In this document: piece by piece, positions 11,206-20,977 of the stretch
Layout: the number at the start of each line of letters is the position of its first letter
How positions within the stretch are numbered: the first letter of the stretch is position 1
From: Myxococcota bacterium
GTDB taxonomy: Bacteria > Myxococcota_A > UBA9160 > SZUA-336
Length of the DNA: 64,000 nt
Assembly (NCBI GenBank): GCA_046754285.1
Contig: JBHHVJ010000012.1
Coordinates: 3,249-67,248, forward strand
Reading direction: 5' to 3'
Notes under the pieces: generated by a model
Database searches by the model: none
What the model was told of the DNA's origin: nothing
The model's input: the letters and a program-made list of their open reading frames with translations, nothing else
Translations under genes and position numbers: made by a program

Positions 11206-12756
11206 GTGGTCTCACCCATCTGCCTGGTCGTCCTCGACGGCTTCGGCCTGGGCCGCGGAGGCGACGACGACGCCACGGCTCGAGCGCGGACGCCCTTCTT
11301 CGATCGGGCCCGCCGGCACTATCCGATGGGCCGGATCCAGACCTCGGGAAGCGCGGTCGGGCTGCCCGAAGGGCTGATGGGAAACTCCGAGGTCGGCCAC
11401 ATGACGCTCGGAGCGGGTCGCATCATCGACCAAGACATCGTGCGCATCCAGAAGGCGATCGACGCCGGTGAGCTCGAGACGCGGCCCGCAATGCAAGAGC
11501 TGCTCGAGGCCGCACGCCCACGCGGCCGCGTGCATCTGCTGGGGCTGATCTCCGACGGGGGTGTACACAGCTCGCTGAGACACCTGGACGGCATCCTCGC
11601 GCAGCTCGAGGCGCACGGTCTGCGTCCCATCCTGCACGCGTTCACGGACGGCCGCGACACGCCACCGCAGAGTGCGCTCCGCTGGATCGCACCCCTCGAG
11701 CGGAGGCTCGCCGAGCTCGGCGGCTGCATCGCGACCGTGAGCGGTCGCTACTGGGCCATGGACCGGGATCGGCGCTGGGAGCGCGTCGCACGGGCCTGCG
11801 AGGCGATGGTCGAGCGCAAGGGGATCGCCTGCACCAGCGCGGTCGAGGCGGTCGAGAAGGCCTACGCTCGGGAGCAGGGGGACGAGTTCATCGAGCCCTC
11901 CGTGGTCGGCGCGCTACCCGCGCTGGAGCCCGGCGACGCGGTGCTGCACTTCTGCTTCCGGGCGGATCGTGCGCGGGAACTCACCAACGCGCTCACCCGC
12001 GTACGACCCGAGCAGCTCGGCCCCGAGATCCTGAGGCTCCCCGATCCCCAACCGGGGTGCCTGGCTACGCTCACCGTCTACGACGAGACGTTTGGGCTCC
12101 CGGCGCTCTTTGGCCCAGTGGAGATCCGCGCCACGTTGGGTGAGGCGCTGAGCCGGGCCGGCCGACGGCAGCTTCGCATCGCAGAGACCGAGAAGTACGC
12201 GCACGTCACCTACTTCTTCAACGGGGGCCGCGAGGAGCCCTTCAGCGGCGAGGAGAGGATCCTGGTCCCCTCACCACGGGACGTCGCCACCTACGATCAA
12301 AAGCCGGAGATGAGCGCCGTGGAGGTCACCGATCGTCTTCTGGAAGCGCTCGGTCAGAACGGCTTCGACTTCGTTCTGGTGAACTACGCCAACCCCGACA
12401 TGGTGGGCCACACCGGCCAGATTCCGGCCAGCACGCGTGCGGTGGAGGTCGTCGATGCCTGCTTGGATCGCCTCTGTCCGACGGTTCTCGCGCTAGGGGG
12501 CTCGCTGCTGATCACGGCCGACCACGGGAACATCGAGCAGCTCGTGGACTCCGAGACCGGCCGACTCCACACGGCCCACACGACGAACCCCGTCCCCCTG
12601 TTCTGGGTGAGTGAGGACGCCGTCGGCGGCTCGCTCAGCGATGGCGGTCTCGCGGACCTGGCACCGACCCTCTGCTCGCTGCTGGAGCTGCCGGTGCCCC
12701 CCGAGATGACCGGGCGGAACCTGCTGAGATGCGAGCGGCCCTCCTCGAGCTGCTAG
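11206..12756 (+). CDS. gpmI: 2,3-bisphosphoglycerate-independent phosphoglycerate mutase
   Basis: 516 aa, with LVVLDGFG, GNSEVGHMTLGAGR, LISDGGVHS, NYANPDMVGHTG and ITADHGN. Confidence 0.95.
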   Translation: MVSPICLVVLDGFGLGRGGDDDATARARTPFFDRARRHYPMGRIQTSGSAVGLPEGLMGNSEVGHMTLGAGRIIDQDIVRIQKAIDAGELETRPAMQELLEAARPRGRVHLLGLISDGGVHSSLRHLDGILAQLEAHGLRPILHAFTDGRDTPPQSALRWIAPLERRLAELGGCIATVSGRYWAMDRDRRWERVARACEAMVERKGIACTSAVEAVEKAYAREQGDEFIEPSVVGALPALEPGDAVLHFCFRADRARELTNALTRVRPEQLGPEILRLPDPQPGCLATLTVYDETFGLPALFGPVEIRATLGEALSRAGRRQLRIAETEKYAHVTYFFNGGREEPFSGEERILVPSPRDVATYDQKPEMSAVEVTDRLLEALGQNGFDFVLVNYANPDMVGHTGQIPASTRAVEVVDACLDRLCPTVLALGGSLLITADHGNIEQLVDSETGRLHTAHTTNPVPLFWVSEDAVGGSLSDGGLADLAPTLCSLLELPVPPEMTGRNLLRCERPSSSC

Positions 12757-13382
12757 TCCCGAGCGTCTGTCCCGCCTGCGACGTGCCACGCGGATCGGGC
12801 GTACCCCTGCTTTGCAGCCGCTGCCGCCACCGGCTGAGGCCGCTCCACGAGCTCGGTGGGGTGGCCACGGTGCTGGCCTACGAAGGCTGCGGCGCCGAGC
12901 TGATTCGACGCTTCAAGTACGCGGGCCGGCGCGACGCGCTGGCGGTCCTGCTGCCCGCGCTCAGCGCGCGTGCGGCGGATCTGAGCCGAGAGCATCGCCT
13001 GGACGCCCTGGTGCCGGTGCCGCGGCACGTGAGCCGCGTGCGCGAGCTCGGTGCGGATCCGGTTCACGATCTCGGACGGGCCGTGGCGCGGCGGCTGGGC
13101 CTCCCGCTGCTCGGTAGGGCCCTGCGGCGGACGCGAGCGAGCTCACCGCAGACGTCTCTCGCGCCGCTCGAGCGAGCCCGCAACGTGGCGGGAAGCTTCC
13201 GGACAGGCCGCTCCCTGGTCGCAGGGCGCCGCGTGCTGCTCCTCGATGACGTCACGACGACCGGGGCGACGCTCCAGGCCGCTCGCCGCGAGCTCCTCGA
13301 GCGCGGCGAGGCCCGCGCCGTGGTGCCCCTGGCGGCCGCCGGAACGCAGGTGCTTCCCGATCTGCTGCCGGCTGCGCTATAA
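12729..13382 (+). CDS. ComF family protein (phosphoribosyltransferase-type)
   Basis: The N-terminal zinc-ribbon-like cysteines are CPACD...CSRCRH. The C-terminal PRTase loop is VLLLDDVTTTGATL. Confidence 0.8.
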   Translation: MRAALLELLVPSVCPACDVPRGSGVPLLCSRCRHRLRPLHELGGVATVLAYEGCGAELIRRFKYAGRRDALAVLLPALSARAADLSREHRLDALVPVPRHVSRVRELGADPVHDLGRAVARRLGLPLLGRALRRTRASSPQTSLAPLERARNVAGSFRTGRSLVAGRRVLLLDDVTTTGATLQAARRELLERGEARAVVPLAAAGTQVLPDLLPAAL

Positions 13383-13415
13383 AGACCCCGCGGATCTCAG
13401 AGGAGCGGACTCCCC

Positions 13416-13604
13416 ATGCCCGACACGGTCAAGCTCACGGTCCCGACGACGCTGAAGCACCAGTCCAATCTCGGCGACGAGGTCGAGGAGATCTCCTTCG
13501 AAGCGGGACAGGAGTTCACGGTCCTCAAGGAGTGGAGCGGCTTCTACCTGGTCAAGGACGCCGAGGGACGCCTCTTCAACGTGAAGAAGGAGCTCGTGCA
13601 GTAG
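13416..13604 (+). CDS. small hypothetical protein (62 aa)
   Basis: The ATG is preceded by GAGGAG at a good distance, and the composition is non-biased and coding-like. No family is recognised. The 3' end overlaps the convergent gene by 29 nt. Confidence 0.45.
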   Translation: MPDTVKLTVPTTLKHQSNLGDEVEEISFEAGQEFTVLKEWSGFYLVKDAEGRLFNVKKELVQ

Positions 13605-14562
13605 CGCTGAGCAGCTTCGCCAGCGTCCGGCGCAGACGCTCCGGGTCGATCGGCTTCTTGAAGATCACGCCCTCGAGCCCTTCGAGCCGACTGCGCTTGA
13701 TCACGTGATCCTTGTCGTAGTAGAAGGCCGTCATCAGAACCATCTGGCTGTCCGGGTGATGCGTGCGAACGTGCTGATAGAGCTCGTAGCCGTCCATGCC
13801 CGGCATCACGACGTCCGAGAGCACCACGTCGTAATGCGAGCGGGCCAGACAGGCCACGGCTTCACGGCCGTCCGCAGCGGAGTCGACCTGACAGCCATCG
13901 GCCGCGAGGATCTCCACGACCGACTCCCGCAGCGCAAGATCGTCATCGACCACCAGGATACGTCTTCCGGCCAGCGGGTCGTCGCCGGCGCCCAGATCAA
14001 TCATGCGGGCGTCGCCCACGTAAGCCGTGCTGGCATAGCGCTGGGTTCGCGCCATGTGCGAGAGGCGATCGAGGATCTTCTCGATGCGCTTGATCTCGCG
14101 ACGCACGGACTCGATGCGTGCGCTCGGATGCTCGCGTTCGAGTAGGGCGAGCTGGTTGGTGATCACGCCGAGCGGATTGTTGATCTCGTGTGAGAGCCCG
14201 ATGGCCACCTCGCCGAGCACGGCGAGCTGGTCCCGTCGAATGATCTCGCTGAGGTCCTTGGCGAAGCCGATCGTTCCCTGCTCGACGTGCTCCTCGTCGG
14301 CGAGGAAACGCGTCGGAAAATTCAGAACCCGTCCCGACCCACCTCGCTTCGGGTCTCGCATGGCGGCCATGACCCGGCGCGCCTCGTCGAGGCTCGGGTA
14401 GAGTCGGGCGACCGACTGACCGATGATCTCGCCTCGTGCGTAGCCCAGGTTCTCCTGGGCTCCGTCGTTGTAATAGGCGACCGTGCCGTCGGCATCCGTC
14501 GCCACCACGATGTCGGGGGAGGCCTCGATCAGGCGCTCGAGCGAAGCCTTGGAGAGCGGCAT
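13576..14562 (-). CDS. PAS-HisKA-receiver protein lacking a histidine-kinase ATPase domain
   Basis: The N-terminal PAS-like segment reads IVVATDADGTVAYYNDGAQENLGY. The H-box is IGLSHEINNPLGV. A REC domain follows directly (RILVVDDDLALRE...VVLSDVVMPGMDG...VLMTA...KKP). I could not read any N/G1/G2 boxes. Confidence 0.8.
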   Translation of the reverse strand: MPLSKASLERLIEASPDIVVATDADGTVAYYNDGAQENLGYARGEIIGQSVARLYPSLDEARRVMAAMRDPKRGGSGRVLNFPTRFLADEEHVEQGTIGFAKDLSEIIRRDQLAVLGEVAIGLSHEINNPLGVITNQLALLEREHPSARIESVRREIKRIEKILDRLSHMARTQRYASTAYVGDARMIDLGAGDDPLAGRRILVVDDDLALRESVVEILAADGCQVDSAADGREAVACLARSHYDVVLSDVVMPGMDGYELYQHVRTHHPDSQMVLMTAFYYDKDHVIKRSRLEGLEGVIFKKPIDPERLRRTLAKLLSATARAPSSR

Positions 14563-14625
14563 CGCTTCGAGTCTATCGCCTCGCGTATTACGCGGAAAGC
14601 CGCCCCCGTCTCGAGAGTCGGTCTC

Positions 14626-16890
14626 CTACATCGGCTCCAGGCGCAGCTTGCCGAGTGCCGCGCGGGGGGTCCGCTTCCAGACCGCCACCGCGAGGTGGTT
14701 CTCGCCACGCGGATCGAGCACCCCCCAGGGCAGCAGGAAGCGCCGCTGCGGTCCGCGCTCGGGCCAGTAGCGCCCGATCAGGCAGCCGTTCAGGTACAGG
14801 TTGGCCTTGCCGCGCCCGGGATCGAAGCGGAGACCCAGTGAGAGCTGCTTGGGGTCCACGCCCTCGAGCGCAAAGCTCGTCTCGTAGAGCCCGACCCCGT
14901 TCGGCTCCCCCTCCCAGCCGTGGGGCAGCACGACTTCCTGGGCGGCGCTGCGCTCCACGCCGGCGAAGGCCACGACGGGACAGATCCCACGCTCGCCGCG
15001 GATCAAGCCGCTGCGGTAGCGCCACTGGATCGGGGTCTGTCCCGTGTCGAGCCGGACGATCCCACGCGGATTCCGCGCGTCATCGGTGAAAGCCTCGTGG
15101 TGGCCGAGGCTCTCGACCAGAATGACCAGGGCGTTGCGTCCCTCGTTGAGTGGGACCCCGCGCAGGGAGATGTGCCGGACTCTGGCGCCATCCGGCCCGA
15201 TGCCCGATCGGTTTCGAAACTGGTCTCCAGCGGCCACGAGTCGGCGATTGATCCACACCGCATAGCAGTGGCGAGCATCGAGCAGCAGTCGATCCAGCGG
15301 CTGGTGAAAGACACCTCGGTACCAGACGAAGCCGTAGTGCACCCCGAGCGCGTCCATGTGGATGCAGCCGAGCTCGATGTCACGCGGGCGGAGCTCGGTC
15401 CAGCTCGAGTCGTCGTAGGCGGGATCGAGCTGCGGGCTCGCACCCGCAAAGCTCCAGCGCTCGAGGCGGGGCAGGGGCGGGGGAAGGCCCGCCTGCGGTG
15501 CGCTCCAACGCAGCGGCTCGGGGCTGATTCCCTCGAGCCGGCCCCCTAGCCCGTAGACGCGAATCTGGGTCTCGAGCGGTGCGAGCTGCGCCCGATCGGC
15601 CTCGGGCGTGGGCACGGGGCGCGGCGCACGGGAGGGGTTGCGCAGGAAGACGAAGCGTCGCTCCGGCCCCCGGCGGGTCACGAAGTTCTCCGCGCACCAC
15701 GGCCCCTGCGCTCCCGGGTCCTCGCGGACGCTCCGCACCCAGTCGTCCTCGTGGCGCCCGAGGAACTCGTTCAGACGGCGCACTGCCTCCAGCCCTGCGG
15801 CCTCACCGCCCCCCTCGGGCACGGGAGCCCCGCAGTCGTACGAGGAGTACACCGCCGGGCTGCCCATGTAGCCCCAGTTGGTGCCGCCACAGAAGGGGGC
15901 GTAGCACCATAGCGTGGCCCCTTCGGCCAGTGCGGCCTTGGTGACCACATCGATCCAATCGGGCTCGAGCCGCTCCCGAACGGATCCGTAGCCGGGGCCG
16001 GCCCAGCCGTCCCGGCAACCCGCCTCGAGCTGTGCATAGAAGACGGGCTGCTGACGTGCACGGGACCCGAGCTCCGCTTCGTCACCCCGAAAGCTCTCGA
16101 GCACCGCCGGCTGGTCCCTCCAGTCCCCCTCGAGCCAACGCAGGGGAGCCCGGACCAGACCGCCGAGATCGACGTCCATCGGACGGCTGGGCCAGTCGGC
16201 GAGGTCCGCGTGGTAGATCGGTACCCGAACGCCGAGGTCCCGGACGGCCCGGTAGAGCGCGTGCATGTAGGCGTCGCTCCGGGGCTCGGGGCAGCGCCTC
16301 CGGGACCCGGCGATGCGCCGCAGCCACGGGCCGAGCGCACGGCTCCCCAGCCAGCGAACGGCGAGATCCAAGAGGTCGTGCGGCAGGTTCGAGAGGGGCG
16401 CGGGAAGACAGTACTCGTGCTCGATCTGCACCAGGATCAGGCGGGGGTGCTTCGCGAAACGCGGCACGATCTGGGCGAACCACTCCCGGCTCGCCTCGAC
16501 GAACTCGACCGAGTAGTTGAATCGTCCCTCGCGGCAGCGCGGCGTCAAGCTCGGGCTCCGCAGCAGCCAGCCGGGCATGCCTCCTAGATCGAGGTGACCG
16601 TTCACGTAGGGACCGGGCTGTGCGATCAGGTAGAGGCCGAGTTCCTCGATCCAGGCGTGCAGCTCATCGACGTCTCGGACGCCCGTGAAGTCGTACTCCG
16701 TCGGTGCCTCGCTGTGGTAGCTCCAGGGGTAACGGACCGCCACGGCATTCAGGCCGGCCGCACGCATGCGCTCGAGACGCTCCCGCCAGAGCTCGGGCGC
16801 GGGGATTCGGAAGTAGTCGAGCGTGCCGGCGCGGATGAGCCGGTGCTGGCCATCGATTCGAAGGCCGTGGCGATCCACATCGACCTGCAT
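14626..16890 (-). CDS. glycoside hydrolase family 35 beta-galactosidase-like protein
   Basis: 754 aa. The N-terminus has the GH35 pattern: IRAGTLDYFRIPAPELWRERLERMRAAGLNAVAVRYPWSYHE-like, YLIAQPGPYVNGHLDLGGMPGWL and VQIEHEY. No signal peptide was seen. Confidence 0.85.
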   Translation of the reverse strand: MQVDVDRHGLRIDGQHRLIRAGTLDYFRIPAPELWRERLERMRAAGLNAVAVRYPWSYHSEAPTEYDFTGVRDVDELHAWIEELGLYLIAQPGPYVNGHLDLGGMPGWLLRSPSLTPRCREGRFNYSVEFVEASREWFAQIVPRFAKHPRLILVQIEHEYCLPAPLSNLPHDLLDLAVRWLGSRALGPWLRRIAGSRRRCPEPRSDAYMHALYRAVRDLGVRVPIYHADLADWPSRPMDVDLGGLVRAPLRWLEGDWRDQPAVLESFRGDEAELGSRARQQPVFYAQLEAGCRDGWAGPGYGSVRERLEPDWIDVVTKAALAEGATLWCYAPFCGGTNWGYMGSPAVYSSYDCGAPVPEGGGEAAGLEAVRRLNEFLGRHEDDWVRSVREDPGAQGPWCAENFVTRRGPERRFVFLRNPSRAPRPVPTPEADRAQLAPLETQIRVYGLGGRLEGISPEPLRWSAPQAGLPPPLPRLERWSFAGASPQLDPAYDDSSWTELRPRDIELGCIHMDALGVHYGFVWYRGVFHQPLDRLLLDARHCYAVWINRRLVAAGDQFRNRSGIGPDGARVRHISLRGVPLNEGRNALVILVESLGHHEAFTDDARNPRGIVRLDTGQTPIQWRYRSGLIRGERGICPVVAFAGVERSAAQEVVLPHGWEGEPNGVGLYETSFALEGVDPKQLSLGLRFDPGRGKANLYLNGCLIGRYWPERGPQRRFLLPWGVLDPRGENHLAVAVWKRTPRAALGKLRLEPM

Positions 16891-16931
16891 CGCGTGCTTC
16901 CCCCCGTCCGTGGCGCCGCGTCCGGGCGCTC

Positions 16932-18128
16932 CTAGGCGCGTGCAGCCAGCCAGCGCTCCGCGTCAAGGGCCGCCATGCAACCCGTCCCGGCCGCCGTCAC
17001 CGCCTGTCGATAGCTCGGGTCCATGACATCGCCGCAGGCGAAGACACCCTCGACATTCGTGCGTGTCGAGCCCGGCTCCACCAGGATGTACCCGGCTGCG
17101 TTCTTGCGTAGAGCGTCGCCGAAGAGCGCACTGCTGGGCTCGTGTCCGATGGCGACGAAGAGAGCTCCGACCTCGAGGTCACGGGTCGCGCCGGTCTTGA
17201 CGTTCTGGAGACGCACTCCTGTGACCTCCTCCCCACCGAGCACCTCCTCCACGACGCTGTCCCAGATGAGCTCGATCTTCTCGTTGCGAAGAGCCCTCTC
17301 CTGCATGATGCGGCTGGCGCGCAGGCGGTCGCGCCGATGAACCAGGTAGACGATGCTTGCGAAGCGCGTCAGGAAGAGTGCCTCCTCCAGGGCGGTGTCG
17401 CCTCCACCCACGACCGCCATCGCCTTGCCACGGAACAGCGCTCCGTCGCACGTGGCACACGCGGAAACGCCCCGGTTCATCAGCCGCTTCTCTGAGGGGA
17501 GACCCAGCCAGCGGGCGCTGGCTCCCGTTGCGATGATCAGGGCGTCCGCCGTGAATCGCTCCTCGTCGGTCTCGATCCGGAACGGATGCACGTCGAGATC
17601 GACGCGCGTGGCATCGTGCTTGATCACCCGTGCACCGAAGCGCTCACACTGCTTCTGCATTCGCTCCATCAGCTCTGGGCCGGAGATCCCGTCGGGAAAC
17701 CCCGGATAGTTCTCCACATCGGTCGTGAGCATGAGCTGGCCGCCGTAGGCCATTCCCGCAACGAGGACGGGCTCGAGCTCCGCGCGGGCCGCATAGATGC
17801 CCGCGGTGTAGCCCGCCGGACCGCTCCCGATGATGCACAGCGCCGTGTGCCCGCTCGCGGTGTGGGGAGCCGGCTGCCGCCCCAGCAGCGCATCGAGCTC
17901 ACCCGCGTGCTCCAGGGCGAAGAGGTCGTCTGCGCCCCCGACGTGTCGATCACCGATCCAGATCTGTGGCACCGTCTGGCGGCCACCCCGCTGGATCATC
18001 TCTTCGCGGCGCGCGGGCTCCGCCTCGATGTCGAGCTCTTCCCAGCTTACACCCTTCTCCTGCAACAGCGCCTTGGCCTGGTCGCAGAAGGGGCAGTCAG
18101 GCTTCGTGTAGATCAGGATCCTGGGCAT
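16932..18128 (-). CDS. trxB: glutaredoxin-thioredoxin reductase fusion protein
   Basis: Residues 1-80 form a glutaredoxin (CPFC, TVPQIWI, GGADDL). The remainder is a low-Mr TrxR with GSGPAGYTAGIYAAR, the CATC redox centre, the HRRD NADPH motif and GDV. Confidence 0.9.
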   Translation of the reverse strand: MPRILIYTKPDCPFCDQAKALLQEKGVSWEELDIEAEPARREEMIQRGGRQTVPQIWIGDRHVGGADDLFALEHAGELDALLGRQPAPHTASGHTALCIIGSGPAGYTAGIYAARAELEPVLVAGMAYGGQLMLTTDVENYPGFPDGISGPELMERMQKQCERFGARVIKHDATRVDLDVHPFRIETDEERFTADALIIATGASARWLGLPSEKRLMNRGVSACATCDGALFRGKAMAVVGGGDTALEEALFLTRFASIVYLVHRRDRLRASRIMQERALRNEKIELIWDSVVEEVLGGEEVTGVRLQNVKTGATRDLEVGALFVAIGHEPSSALFGDALRKNAAGYILVEPGSTRTNVEGVFACGDVMDPSYRQAVTAAGTGCMAALDAERWLAARA

Positions 18129-18185
18129 GGGCGAGGAGGGTAGCCGACCTCGACGGCTCGCTGCAAAGAACCGTGCGCCCAGGGC

Positions 18186-18662
18186 CTAGGCCGAGCGAAT
18201 CTCGCGGACCTCGTACTGACGCGTTCCCGCGGGCACGCGGACGACGACCTCGTCGTCGACCTCCTTCCCGATCAGCGCCCGACCGACGGGGCTCTTGATC
18301 GAGAGCAGCCCCTGGCCGACATCGGCCTCGTCCTCACCGACGAGCGTGTAGACGACCTCGTCGCCCGACTCGAGGTCCTCGAGCACCACCGTCGTGCCGA
18401 AACGCACGCGGTCCGGCGACCCCTCGCTCGGGCGGACGACCTCGGCCCTGGCGAGCTTGTCTTCGAGCTCGTGGATCCGCGCCTCGATCTGGGCCTGGCG
18501 TTCCTTGGCCGCGTCGTACTCGGCATTCTCGGAGAGGTCTCCGTGCTCGCGGGCCACGCGGATAGCCTCGACGATCGCGGGGCGCGCCCGAGTCTTCAGC
18601 TTCCGCAGCTCCTGCTGAAGAAGCTCGTGGCCGCGGGGGGTCATGGGAACACGGTGGCTCAT
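18186..18662 (-). CDS. greA: transcription elongation factor GreA
   Basis: ORF 18186..18710(-), trimmed to ATG 18662 with GGAG upstream. The sequence reads MSHRVPMTPRGHELLQQELRKLK...GDLSENAEYDAAKERQ. Confidence 0.9.
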   Translation of the reverse strand: MSHRVPMTPRGHELLQQELRKLKTRARPAIVEAIRVAREHGDLSENAEYDAAKERQAQIEARIHELEDKLARAEVVRPSEGSPDRVRFGTTVVLEDLESGDEVVYTLVGEDEADVGQGLLSIKSPVGRALIGKEVDDEVVVRVPAGTRQYEVREIRSA

Positions 18663-18706
18663 GATGGGCTCCGTCGCGCGAACTTTAGAAACGGCCCCCC
18701 AGCGTG

Positions 18707-19081
18707 TCAACGCGCTGCGATGGCGTCGATCTCGAGGCGCGCCTCCAGGGGCAGGGCCACCACCTGGACCGTGGAGCGCGCGGGACGGGCTCCGCCGAGG
18801 GTCTGCTCGTAGAGCGTGTTGAAGCGAGCGAACTCCCGCAGATCCGTCATGTAGACCGTCACACGCAGCACACGCCCCCAGTCGCTTCCGCCGGCGCGCA
18901 GCACCGCTTCGAGATTGCGGAGCACCTGCCGCGCCTGGTCCTCGATGGTCTCTCCCGCCAGCCTTCCCGTCGTCGGGTCGACGGGGATTTGACCTGAAAC
19001 GAAGAGCAGGCCACCCTCCGCCAGGGCCTGCGAGTAGGGACCCAGGGGGACGGGGGCCTCCGTCGTGTGAATCGGTTCCAT
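18707..19081 (-). CDS. ridA: RidA/YjgF family reactive-intermediate deaminase
   Basis: APVPLGPYSQALAEGGLLFVSGQIPVDP matches the family. ATG 19081 is preceded by GAGGAG. Confidence 0.9.
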   Translation of the reverse strand: MEPIHTTEAPVPLGPYSQALAEGGLLFVSGQIPVDPTTGRLAGETIEDQARQVLRNLEAVLRAGGSDWGRVLRVTVYMTDLREFARFNTLYEQTLGGARPARSTVQVVALPLEARLEIDAIAAR

Positions 19082-19160
19082 CGGAGCTCCTCGCCGCAAC
19101 CTGCGGGCCCGGCTCTCAATCCAGTCCCGTCAGACTCGTAAGTCGTGTAAGGAGAACCGA

Positions 19161-20558
19161 TTGTATCTCAAGTCTACCCGACGGCCCTCGACGCGACGGA
19201 CGCGGGTCGCGCTGGTGGCCGCCCTCATCGTCTCCCTTGCGGCGTGCCGTCCCGACTCCGAGGGACCGCCGGTGGGCGGATCCTCAGCCCCCGGGGAGAT
19301 CCCCGCGCTGGGCTTCGCCGGGGTGGATCTCGTCTACGCTCTGCGCCGGGTCGCGGCCGAGGCGCAGGTCCTGCTCGCGCTCGACGAGGTCGACGCGGGA
19401 CCGCTCGTCCCCGACCTCGCACGCTACCGCGTGGACGTCGATCTGCCCGCGGGCCCGGTCAGCCGCGCGCTCGACACCCTCCGGGAAGCCACCGGGGCCT
19501 TCGATTACCGCATCCACGGGAACGTGCTTTACGTGCGCAGCGTGCTTGCGGTCGACGCGGTCACAGCCCTCGACGTCGGGGGTCTCGCTGCCACACATCT
19601 CAACGTCGATTTCGTGGAGCTGGTGCGCTGGATCATGCACGTGCGCCCCGGCAGCTTCCTCAACGCGAACAAGACCCGCGGGGAGCCGGTCTATCGCAAG
19701 GTCGAGCTCGAGGTGGCTGAAGGCAGCGCGATCCTGGACCTGCTGATCCAGTACGCAGCCAAGGTGGAACGGGGCTGGAGGATGAAACGAGCCGGTCAAC
19801 GTGTGACCGACGCCCAGGGCCGGCCCGGCATCGTGGCGAGCTCGTTGAGCCTCTGGTCTGCGCTGAAGCAGCCCGATCCACTGCCACGCTACCGGATGAA
19901 CACCTCGACCCTCGGCGCGCTCGCGAGCATTCAGGATCGCACGGGCACGGCGATCTGCATCAAGGACCGCAGCGTCACCGGGACGATCCAGCCTTCGCTC
20001 GACTACCGCAAGAAGCTCGATCCCGGACTGGATTTCGAGGAGAGCCTACGGCTGCTCGCCAAGCCCCCACCCACGAGCAGCCTCGCGGACTTCAGCTGGG
20101 AGCGACGGGACCGCGTGGTCCTGCTGACGTCTCAGTTCTACGAGTACTACCTTCCGGGGCGGGATCTGTTGCGTTCCGAGCTCCAGGGCGGGGCCTTCGA
20201 AGGGACCCTGGCAGAGCTGGCCCGCTGGCTGAACGAGAGCCGGAAGGGGTCGGTGCGCAAGGTGCTGATGGGCGGAGAGATCCTTCGCGACGCTCCGCGG
20301 GCTCGAATCGAGGTTCCGGAAGGCGCGAGCGTCGAGGAAGCCCTGCTGGCCTTCGCGCACGCGAGCGGTGACGGCTGGGTGATTGTGATCGTGGACGCGT
20401 TCACGCCCGAGGCATCCGCGCAGAAGATTCCACCGGGGGACTGGCGCGGCGCCTACCTGACGCGCCTGCAGCCGTGGATGGCGGAGATCCGGCCCCCTGG
20501 GGTGGCGGACGAGCCCGAGAGACCCCCTACCGGAGCCGCTCCTCCAGCAGGCGGATGA
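19161..20558 (+). CDS. hypothetical lipoprotein (465 aa)
   Basis: TTG start after AAGGAG. The lipobox is LIVSLAAC. The remainder has no family I can name; short segments such as VSRALDTLREATGAFDYRIHGNVLYVRS look STN-like, but only weakly. Confidence 0.7.
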   Translation: MYLKSTRRPSTRRTRVALVAALIVSLAACRPDSEGPPVGGSSAPGEIPALGFAGVDLVYALRRVAAEAQVLLALDEVDAGPLVPDLARYRVDVDLPAGPVSRALDTLREATGAFDYRIHGNVLYVRSVLAVDAVTALDVGGLAATHLNVDFVELVRWIMHVRPGSFLNANKTRGEPVYRKVELEVAEGSAILDLLIQYAAKVERGWRMKRAGQRVTDAQGRPGIVASSLSLWSALKQPDPLPRYRMNTSTLGALASIQDRTGTAICIKDRSVTGTIQPSLDYRKKLDPGLDFEESLRLLAKPPPTSSLADFSWERRDRVVLLTSQFYEYYLPGRDLLRSELQGGAFEGTLAELARWLNESRKGSVRKVLMGGEILRDAPRARIEVPEGASVEEALLAFAHASGDGWVIVIVDAFTPEASAQKIPPGDWRGAYLTRLQPWMAEIRPPGVADEPERPPTGAAPPAGG

Positions 20559-20772
20559 TGTATCCGATGATCAGCAGGTTGGGCAGGCGGCGGCGCAGCT
20601 CAGCACCCTGCTCGTCGGGAGACACACACTCGTTCGCGAACTCCTGGGCGTAGCTCGCAAAGAACTCCAGCAGCTCGACGTTCACGTTCTTGGCCAGCAT
20701 GGTGTTGATGGAGGTCGCGTCCAGATCGCGCCAGAGATCGGTGAACTCGACCGCGAGCTCGAGTCTCGTCAT
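20527..20772 (-). CDS. small helical hypothetical protein (81 aa)
   Basis: ORF 20527..20850(-), trimmed to ATG 20772 (GGGAGGG upstream). The composition is unbiased. The gene converges on and overlaps the lipoprotein gene by 32 nt. Confidence 0.45.
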   Translation of the reverse strand: MTRLELAVEFTDLWRDLDATSINTMLAKNVNVELLEFFASYAQEFANECVSPDEQGAELRRRLPNLLIIGYIIRLLEERLR

Positions 20773-20977
20773 ATGCCCTCCCGTCGGCCCAGCTCGGGGC
20801 TCGAGCCCTTGGATCGGGCGATCATGCCAGCCCGCTCGGTCCCGCGTCAACGCGAATCACGAGCTCTCCAGAGAACTGAGTCGTATTCAGCGGACGCGGA
20901 TGCGCATGCAGGCGGAAGCCGATGCGCAGATGAGCTCGCTAGCCGACGAGAAACCTGCCAGATCTCAGCCGCCACGC

